Source of the DNA: a virus
Virus record (IMG/VR): IMGVR_UViG_3300042890_006166
Location: 62,670 to 126,669 of that record
Strand: one strand, 5' to 3'
DNA length: 64,000 nucleotides
The position numbers and the translations under genes are program-made. Below the pieces are notes generated by a model. That model worked only from the letters and a program-made list of their open reading frames with translations. It did not search any database and was not told the origin of the DNA. Positions 57,346 through 64,000 of the stretch are shown here, one piece after another; positions within the stretch are counted from its first letter, which is position 1; the number at the start of each line of letters is the position of its first letter.

Positions 57346-57352
57346 ATATATA
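57345..57352 (+). promoter_or_regulatory. putative phage late promoter GATATATA
   Basis: Exact motif overlapping the upstream TAG, 21 nt before ATG 57374. Confidence 0.6.
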
Positions 57353-57373
57353 AGAAAGAAAAAACACAATATT

Positions 57374-57619
57374 ATGAGAAAATTTTCTGAACTGACGAAG
57401 ATGAATGAAATGAAATATGGTCAACCCATGTACGGAGAAAATGACATGAAACAGCACATGAAGAATTTGCTGGTTGCCGCTTCTGGAAACGACCAAAGAG
57501 TTTTGAACGACGTGGTAGACTGTCTCTCCGACGAGCAGATGAAAAAGTGCTACGATAATCTTGTCAAAGTTTACAACTACACGGGGAAAGTAGGACAAGC
57601 CGTTGAACCCAACCTTTAA
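57374..57619 (+). CDS. small hypothetical protein, putative internal head protein
   Basis: 'MRKFSELTKMNE' leader motif; has its own late promoter. Confidence 0.65.
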   Translation: MRKFSELTKMNEMKYGQPMYGENDMKQHMKNLLVAASGNDQRVLNDVVDCLSDEQMKKCYDNLVKVYNYTGKVGQAVEPNL

Positions 57620-57633
57620 GGCGGTGAACATAA

Positions 57634-57963
57634 ATGTTAGGCCTCATCGAAATAAAATACGGCAAGGATAGTGCAGGTAAAATTCTTTCCTTAGCTATCA
57701 ATCCGTCTTCTGTAGGATCTATTTCCACGGGAGCTACCGGCTTTTTCATTTTTCTAGACTCTGTTAACACAACAGTTGTCCAACCTAATATCAACAATTT
57801 TTCAACTAAGCTGTCCTTCTTTGGGACATCTTTTGCTGATGCCCAAGCCATGGAGCAAGCCTGGCTGGCAGCCACCGACAATCTTTTAATAGAGGCCCAA
57901 ATTGTGACTTTGGATTTTCAATCACAGGGTTATATTTTTTCACAAACAATAGTTCAGGCGTAG
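57634..57963 (+). CDS. hypothetical protein, apparent paralogue of the N-terminal domain of the downstream collagen-like protein
   Basis: 109 aa; shares I-x-I-x-Y, G(F/V)(F/Y)(I/L)(F/Y), a late helix and 'LDF...G..IFS' with residues 1-105 of the next ORF. Confidence 0.7.
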   Translation: MLGLIEIKYGKDSAGKILSLAINPSSVGSISTGATGFFIFLDSVNTTVVQPNINNFSTKLSFFGTSFADAQAMEQAWLAATDNLLIEAQIVTLDFQSQGYIFSQTIVQA

Positions 57964-60900
57964 GTGAAAAAGATTGTAATACAATATATTTCTGGTTCAC
58001 AAACACTGGCCACTTCTTTCGAGTTAGACACACTCTCGGAAATTATTGCGGTCGAAAACGGGGTTTACCTTTACTTCACTACTGTTTACAATTCTGGACC
58101 TCTTACAGCTTCTAGATTTTATTATGGAACTGTAGTTTATATTACTAAAACCGGTCAAGGATATGACCTATATCAACAATGTATTCAGGCTATAGGTGAT
58201 GTAGTTACTGATCCAATCTCTAACGAAGGAATTTTAGATTTTACCTGGGACCCAGGTGTAACCGTGATTTTCTCTAACATGAGTGGGGATTCTAGCGGTG
58301 GTGGAACCGGAGGATCTAGCTCGGGAAGTTCTGGTACTTCAGGCAGCTCTGGTACTTCTGGATCTACCGGAACCAGTGGATCTTCTGGAACAACAGGAAG
58401 TTCTGGTACTTCTGGAACCAGTGGATCATCAGGAACTTCTGGATCTGATGGTACAAGAGGAACCTCTGGAACTTCTGGCTCATCGGGATCCTCTGGAACT
58501 ACTGGATCTTCTGGAACATCTGGTTCATCTGGAACTTCTGGATCAGATGGAACATCCGGAACTTCTGGCTCATCGGGATCCTCTGGAACTACTGGATCTT
58601 CTGGAACATCTGGTTCATCTGGAACTTCTGGATCAGATGGAACATCCGGAACTTCTGGCTCATCTGGATCATCCGGAACTACTGGTTCTTCAGGAACATC
58701 TGGTTCATCTGGAACTTCTGGATCAGATGGAACATCCGGAACTTCTGGCTCATCTGGATCATCCGGAACTACTGGTTCTTCAGGAACATCAGGTTCATCT
58801 GGAACTTCTGGATCAGATGGAACCTCTGGAACTTCTGGCTCATCTGGATCATCCGGAACTACTGGTTCTTCAGGTACATCAGGTTCTTCTGGAACTTCTG
58901 GATCAGATGGAACCTCTGGAACTTCTGGCTCATCGGGATCCTCTGGAACTACTGGTTCTTCAGGTACATCAGGTTCATCGGGTACTTCTGGTTCTGATGG
59001 GACTGCTGGAACATCGGGATCCTCCGGAACTACTGGATCTTCTGGAACATCTGGTTCATCTGGAACTTCTGGATCAGATGGGACTGCTGGAACATCGGGA
59101 TCCTCTGGAACTACTGGATCCTCTGGATCATCTGGATCATCTGGAACTTCTGGATCAGATGGAACATCCGGAACTTCTGGCTCTTCCGGATCCTCTGGAA
59201 CTACTGGTTCTTCAGGTACATCAGGTTCATCGGGAACTTCTGGATCAGATGGGACTTCAGGAACTTCTGGTTCATCGGGATCCTCTGGAACTACTGGTTC
59301 TTCAGGTACATCAGGAACTTCTGGATCAGATGGAACCTCTGGAACTTCTGGCTCATCGGGATCCTCTGGAACTACTGGTTCTTCAGGTACATCAGGAACT
59401 TCTGGATCAGATGGAACCTCTGGAACTTCTGGCTCATCGGGATCCTCTGGAACTACTGGTTCTTCAGGTACATCAGGTTCATCGGGTACTTCTGGTTCTG
59501 ATGGGACTGCTGGAACATCGGGATCCTCCGGAACTACTGGATCTTCTGGAACATCTGGTTCATCTGGAACTTCTGGATCAGATGGGACTGCTGGAACATC
59601 GGGATCCTCTGGAACTACCGGATCTTCGGGTACATCAGGATCATCAGGGACTTCTGGATCAGATGGAACATCCGGAACTTCTGGCTCATCGGGATCATCT
59701 GGAACTAGTGGATCTTCTGGAACATCTGGTTCATCTGGAACTTCTGGATCAGATGGAACTTCCGGAACTTCTGGTTCTTCCGGATCCTCCGGTACTACCG
59801 GATCTTCTGGTTCATCTGGTTCATCTGGAACTTCTGGATCAGATGGGACTGCTGGAACATCGGGATCCTCTGGAACTAGTGGATCTTCTGGAACATCTGG
59901 TTCATCTGGAACTTCTGGATCAGATGGGACTGCTGGAACATCGGGATCCTCTGGAACTACTGGATCCTCTGGAACATCTGGTTCATCTGGAACTTCTGGA
60001 TCAGATGGGACTGCTGGAACATCGGGATCTTCTGGAACTACTGGTTCTTCTGGAACATCTGGTTCATCTGGAACTTCTGGATCAGATGGAACATCCGGAA
60101 CTTCTGGCTCATCGGGATCATCTGGAACTAGTGGATCTTCTGGAACATCTGGTTCATCTGGAACTTCTGGATCAGATGGGACTGCTGGAACATCGGGATC
60201 CTCTGGAACTACTGGATCCTCTGGAACATCTGGTTCATCTGGAACTTCTGGATCAGATGGGACTGCTGGAACATCGGGATCTTCTGGAACTACCGGTTCT
60301 TCTGGAACATCTGGTTCATCTGGAACTTCTGGATCAGATGGGACTGCTGGAACATCGGGATCCTCTGGAACTTCTGGTTTAGATGGAACTTTTGGAACTT
60401 CTGGAACTTCTGGTTTCGACGGAACTTCTGGAACTTCTGGTTCTGACGGTACTTCTGGAACATCGGGTTCTTCTGGAACTTCTGGTTTAGATGGAACTTC
60501 TGGAACTTCTGGTTCTGACGGTACCTCCGGGACATCGGGTTCTTCTGGAACTACTGGTTCTTCTGGAACTTCTGGATTCAATGGAACCTCTGGAACTTCT
60601 GGTCTAGATGGGACTTTTGGAACTTCAGGAACCTCTGGATCCGATGGAACAGCAGGGACTTCTGGAACCGATGGAACATCAGGAACATCGGGTTCTTCTG
60701 GAACAACTGGATCATCTGGTACTTCTGGTTTGAATGGAACCTTTGGAACCTCCGGATCTTCAGGTACCACCGGAACTTCTGGAACTTCGGGTTCGTCCGG
60801 TACTACCGGAACATCGGGTTCCTCTGGAACATCTGGTATAAATGGTTCTTTTGGAACCAGCGGAACTTCTGGGTCAAGTGGGACCAGCGGGGCCGGAATC

Positions 60901-63900
60901 ATGAATTATTATGCTTCTTATAGTGATTCTACTACTCAAACAGTAACAGCGGAAGATACTCCAACCATAATAACTTACAATACGGTTGAAATAGAAAATG
61001 GATTTTCTTTGGTCAGTAATTCAAGGGTTACTCCAACTTATTCTGGGATTTATGAATTTTCTTTTTCTCCACAAGTTCAAAAATCACAAGGAACAAATTG
61101 CCTGATGAATTTTTGGCTGAGAAAAAATGGAACAGACATTATTAGAACAGATTCATACATTGACCTAGTTTCAAATTCTGTCATCCAACTTCCTTTTGTA
61201 AGCATAATAGTTGAGCTTTTACAGGGAGATTATTTGGAATTAATATTTGCGGCATCCACTGAATTTGGCGAGATTGTTGCCTTTCCTGCTATTACTACTC
61301 CCTATGTTGCTCCAGCAGCTCCTTCTGTAATTGTTAATATTAAAAATATAGGAGTAGCAGCAGCTGCCTATACATCAACCTCAGGAACAAGCGGTACTTC
61401 AGGTTTAAATGGTACTTCTGGAACTTCTGGATCTTCTGGGACTTCTGGATCATCTGGTACCTCTGGTGGAACAGGAACATCCGGAACTTCAGGTTCTTCT
61501 GGATCATCTGGAACATCCGGGTTTTCTGGTTCATCTGGGACTTCTGGATCTTCCGGAACTTCTGGAGGAACAGGTTCATCTGGTACTTCTGGATCTTCCG
61601 GAACCTCCGGTGGAGCAGGTTCTTCTGGAACTTCTGGTTCTTCAGGAACCTCGGGCTCATCCGGATCAAGTGGATCCTCCGGATCATCGGGATCTTCCGG
61701 AACCTCCGGTGGAGCAGGTTCTTCCGGAACTTCTGGTTCTTCTGGAACTTCTGGTTCTTCTGGATCAAGTGGATCATCTGGATCGTCGGGTTCTTCTGGA
61801 ACTTCCGGAGGAACAGGTTCTTCCGGAACCTCAGGTTCTTCTGGATCAAGTGGATCCTCTGGATCATCAGGTTCTTCCGGAACATCCGGAGGATCAGGTT
61901 CTTCTGGAACCTCAGGTTCATCCGGATCGAGTGGATCCTCTGGATCATCAGGTTCTTCCGGAACATCCGGAGGTGCAGGTTCTTCCGGGACTTCTGGCTC
62001 TTCAGGAACTTCTGGATCAAGTGGATCTTCTGGATCATCAGGTTCTTCGGGTACTTCCGGGGGAGCAGGTTCTTCCGGGACTTCTGGCTCTTCAGGAACT
62101 TCAGGTTCTTCTGGATCAAGTGGATCATCTGGATCATCGGGTTCTTCGGGTACTTCCGGGGGAGCAGGTTCTTCCGGGACTTCTGGCTCTTCAGGAACTT
62201 CAGGTTCTTCTGGATCAAGTGGATCATCTGGATCATCGGGTTCTTCTGGAACATCTGGTGGAACAGGTTCTTCCGGAACCTCAGGTTCTTCTGGATCAAG
62301 TGGATCCTCTGGATCATCGGGTTCTTCTGGAACCTCTGGAGGAGCAGGTTCTTCTGGAACCTCGGGTTCATCCGGATCGAGTGGATCATCTGGATCATCA
62401 GGTTCTTCCGGAACATCCGGAGGTGCAGGTTCTTCCGGAACTTCAGGTTCATCCGGATCAAGTGGATCTTCTGGATCAAGTGGATCCTCTGGATCATCAG
62501 GTTCTTCCGGAACATCCGGAGGTGCAGGTTCTTCTGGAACTTCAGGTTCATCCGGATCAAGTGGATCTTCTGGATCAAGTGGATCCTCTGGATCATCAGG
62601 TTCTTCCGGAACTTCTGGAGGAACAGGTTCTTCTGGAACTTCTGGATCAAGTGGATCTTCTGGATCAAGTGGATCCTCTGGATCATCAGGTTCTTCTGGA
62701 ACTTCTGGAGGAACAGGTTCTTCTGGAACTTCTGGATCAAGTGGATCCTCTGGATCATCAGGTTCTTCCGGAACATCCGGAGGATCGGGTTCTTCTGGAA
62801 CCTCAGGTTCATCCGGATCGAGTGGATCCTCTGGATCATCAGGTTCTTCCGGAACATCCGGAGGTGCAGGTTCTTCTGGAACCTCAGGTTCATCCGGATC
62901 AAGTGGATCTTCTGGATCGTCGGGTACCTCCGGAGGATCAGGTTCTTCTGGAACATCAGGTTCATCCGGATCAAGTGGATCCTCTGGATCATCAGGTTCT
63001 TCCGGAACATCCGGAGGTGCAGGTTCTTCTGGAACTTCTGGTTCTTCTGGATCAAGTGGATCTTCTGGATCATCAGGTTCTTCCGGAACCTCTGGAGGAA
63101 CAGGTTCTTCTGGAACTTCAGGTTCATCCGGATCAAGTGGATCTTCTGGATCAAGTGGATCCTCTGGATCATCAGGTTCTTCCGGAACTTCTGGAGGAAC
63201 AGGTTCTTCTGGAACTTCTGGATCAAGTGGATCCTCTGGATCATCAGGTTCTTCCGGAACATCCGGAGGATCGGGTTCTTCTGGAACCTCAGGTTCATCC
63301 GGATCGAGTGGATCCTCTGGATCGTCTGGATCGTCGGGTACCTCCGGAGGTGCAGGTTCTTCTGGAACCTCAGGTTCATCCGGATCGAGTGGATCCTCTG
63401 GATCGTCTGGATCGTCGGGTACCTCCGGAGGTGCAGGTTCTTCTGGAACTTCTGGTTCTTCTGGATCAAGTGGATCTTCTGGATCATCAGGTTCTTCCGG
63501 AACCTCTGGAGGAACAGGTTCTTCTGGAACCTCAGGTTCATCCGGATCAAGTGGATCTTCTGGATCGTCTGGATCGTCGGGTACCTCCGGAGGATCAGGT
63601 TCTTCTGGAACCTCAGGTTCATCCGGATCGAGTGGATCATCTGGATCATCAGGTTCTTCAGGAACATCCGGAGGTGCAGGTTCTTCCGGAACCTCGGGTT
63701 CTTCTGGATCAAGTGGATCCTCTGGATCATCAGGTTCTTCCGGAACTTCTGGAGGAACAGGTTCTTCTGGAACTTCTGGATCAAGTGGATCCTCTGGATC
63801 ATCAGGTTCTTCCGGAACATCCGGAGGATCGGGTTCTTCCGGAACCTCGGGTTCTTCTGGATCAAGTGGATCATCTGGATCATCAGGTTCTTCCGGAACA

Positions 63901-64000
63901 TCCGGAGGTGCAGGTTCTTCCGGAACCTCGGGTTCTTCTGGATCAAGTGGATCTTCTGGATCGTCTGGATCGTCGGGTACCTCCGGAGGAACAGGTTCTT
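57964..64000 (+). CDS. giant proline-free Ser/Thr collagen-like fibre protein with an internal C1q/TNF-like domain (3'-truncated, >2012 aa; absent from the ORF track)
   Basis: GTG at 57964, frame open to the window end: 120-aa N-domain, (Gly-X-Y)286, ~160-aa C1q-like domain (YASYSDSTTQT...SGIYEFSF...FWLRKNG...LLQGDYLEL), then (Gly-X-Y)>=290. Confidence 0.9.
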   Translation, partial: MKKIVIQYISGSQTLATSFELDTLSEIIAVENGVYLYFTTVYNSGPLTASRFYYGTVVYITKTGQGYDLYQQCIQAIGDVVTDPISNEGILDFTWDPGVTVIFSNMSGDSSGGGTGGSSSGSSGTSGSSGTSGSTGTSGSSGTTGSSGTSGTSGSSGTSGSDGTRGTSGTSGSSGSSGTTGSSGTSGSSGTSGSDGTSGTSGSSGSSGTTGSSGTSGSSGTSGSDGTSGTSGSSGSSGTTGSSGTSGSSGTSGSDGTSGTSGSSGSSGTTGSSGTSGSSGTSGSDGTSGTSGSSGSSGTTGSSGTSGSSGTSGSDGTSGTSGSSGSSGTTGSSGTSGSSGTSGSDGTAGTSGSSGTTGSSGTSGSSGTSGSDGTAGTSGSSGTTGSSGSSGSSGTSGSDGTSGTSGSSGSSGTTGSSGTSGSSGTSGSDGTSGTSGSSGSSGTTGSSGTSGTSGSDGTSGTSGSSGSSGTTGSSGTSGTSGSDGTSGTSGSSGSSGTTGSSGTSGSSGTSGSDGTAGTSGSSGTTGSSGTSGSSGTSGSDGTAGTSGSSGTTGSSGTSGSSGTSGSDGTSGTSGSSGSSGTSGSSGTSGSSGTSGSDGTSGTSGSSGSSGTTGSSGSSGSSGTSGSDGTAGTSGSSGTSGSSGTSGSSGTSGSDGTAGTSGSSGTTGSSGTSGSSGTSGSDGTAGTSGSSGTTGSSGTSGSSGTSGSDGTSGTSGSSGSSGTSGSSGTSGSSGTSGSDGTAGTSGSSGTTGSSGTSGSSGTSGSDGTAGTSGSSGTTGSSGTSGSSGTSGSDGTAGTSGSSGTSGLDGTFGTSGTSGFDGTSGTSGSDGTSGTSGSSGTSGLDGTSGTSGSDGTSGTSGSSGTTGSSGTSGFNGTSGTSGLDGTFGTSGTSGSDGTAGTSGTDGTSGTSGSSGTTGSSGTSGLNGTFGTSGSSGTTGTSGTSGSSGTTGTSGSSGTSGINGSFGTSGTSGSSGTSGAGIMNYYASYSDSTTQTVTAEDTPTIITYNTVEIENGFSLVSNSRVTPTYSGIYEFSFSPQVQKSQGTNCLMNFWLRKNGTDIIRTDSYIDLVSNSVIQLPFVSIIVELLQGDYLELIFAASTEFGEIVAFPAITTPYVAPAAPSVIVNIKNIGVAAAAYTSTSGTSGTSGLNGTSGTSGSSGTSGSSGTSGGTGTSGTSGSSGSSGTSGFSGSSGTSGSSGTSGGTGSSGTSGSSGTSGGAGSSGTSGSSGTSGSSGSSGSSGSSGSSGTSGGAGSSGTSGSSGTSGSSGSSGSSGSSGSSGTSGGTGSSGTSGSSGSSGSSGSSGSSGTSGGSGSSGTSGSSGSSGSSGSSGSSGTSGGAGSSGTSGSSGTSGSSGSSGSSGSSGTSGGAGSSGTSGSSGTSGSSGSSGSSGSSGSSGTSGGAGSSGTSGSSGTSGSSGSSGSSGSSGSSGTSGGTGSSGTSGSSGSSGSSGSSGSSGTSGGAGSSGTSGSSGSSGSSGSSGSSGTSGGAGSSGTSGSSGSSGSSGSSGSSGSSGSSGTSGGAGSSGTSGSSGSSGSSGSSGSSGSSGSSGTSGGTGSSGTSGSSGSSGSSGSSGSSGSSGTSGGTGSSGTSGSSGSSGSSGSSGTSGGSGSSGTSGSSGSSGSSGSSGSSGTSGGAGSSGTSGSSGSSGSSGSSGTSGGSGSSGTSGSSGSSGSSGSSGSSGTSGGAGSSGTSGSSGSSGSSGSSGSSGTSGGTGSSGTSGSSGSSGSSGSSGSSGSSGSSGTSGGTGSSGTSGSSGSSGSSGSSGTSGGSGSSGTSGSSGSSGSSGSSGSSGTSGGAGSSGTSGSSGSSGSSGSSGSSGTSGGAGSSGTSGSSGSSGSSGSSGSSGTSGGTGSSGTSGSSGSSGSSGSSGSSGTSGGSGSSGTSGSSGSSGSSGSSGSSGTSGGAGSSGTSGSSGSSGSSGSSGSSGTSGGTGSSGTSGSSGSSGSSGSSGTSGGSGSSGTSGSSGSSGSSGSSGSSGTSGGAGSSGTSGSSGSSGSSGSSGSSGTSGGTGS
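58324..60897 (+). repeat. Gly-X-Y block 1 (286 triplets; 81-90-nt higher-order units marked by GSD)
   Basis: GGN every 9 nt from 58324 to 60889; the antisense ORF shows Pro at every third residue, confirming no frameshift. Confidence 0.95.
61384..64000 (+). repeat. Gly-X-Y block 2 (>=290 triplets; GSS/GTS/GG[ATS], uncharged)
   Basis: GGN every 9 nt from 61384 to 63994; runs off the window. Confidence 0.95.

Noticed and set aside
58283-60382. 699-aa plus-strand 'LELLDQMEH' ORF
   Set aside because: Alternative-frame shadow of collagen block 1; frame 1 continues into a real globular domain.
58185-60902. 905-aa minus-strand 'PEVPDVP' ORF
   Set aside because: Antisense shadow of the Gly-X-Y repeat (GGN reads as CCN = Pro at every third residue); no independent start context.
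61340-63946. 868-aa minus-strand 'IQKNLRFRKN' ORF
   Set aside because: Shadow frame of collagen block 2; open only because the repeat lacks stops in that frame.
1-64000. Stop-codon reassignment (TAG=Gln), as in some large phages
   Set aside because: ORFs up to 1858 aa are intact in code 11, and TAG ends genes cleanly (5346, 10943, 21232, 44446, 57345).
1-64000. tRNA, rRNA, introns, integrase or diversity-generating retroelement
   Set aside because: Intergenic gaps are too short (mostly <110 nt), and I saw no cloverleaf, reverse transcriptase, recombinase or split-gene pattern.

Overview
This 64 kb window is an AT-rich, densely coding, almost entirely + strand segment of a large ('huge'/jumbo) T4-like myophage genome in standard genetic code 11. 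The host is most likely Bacteroidota: start codons have A-rich leaders without Shine-Dalgarno sites, TAnnTTTG promoter boxes occur, and there is a Bacteroidota-type lipoprotein and a Reg_prop-type propeller protein. Bases 1-11.3 kb hold putative internal head proteins, an NMP kinase + AsnB-like amidotransferase pair, a GT25-like glycosyltransferase and a Nudix hydrolase. Bases 11.3-57.9 kb are a baseplate/neck/tail module (gp53-, gp27-, gp5-, gp13-, gp25-, gp6-, gp7-, gp3-like and several very large unknown virion proteins). That module is interrupted by a ribosomal protein S1 homologue, an amidoligase, a homing endonuclease and phoH. From 57964 to the window end runs a >2000-aa ORF missing from the supplied ORF track: two uninterrupted, proline-free (Gly-Ser/Thr-Ser/Thr)n collagen-like blocks (286 and >=290 triplets) flanking a C1q/TNF-like domain. 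The most interesting signals are (i) this giant Ser/Thr collagen, together with a virion-wide G-x-T-G motif, a mucin-like linker and a glycosyltransferase (candidate glycan-coated virion), and (ii) a recurrent late-promoter motif GATATATA embedded in RNA hairpins that would occlude start codons, clearest at the S1 gene. All family assignments come from motif recognition by eye; no database searches were run.
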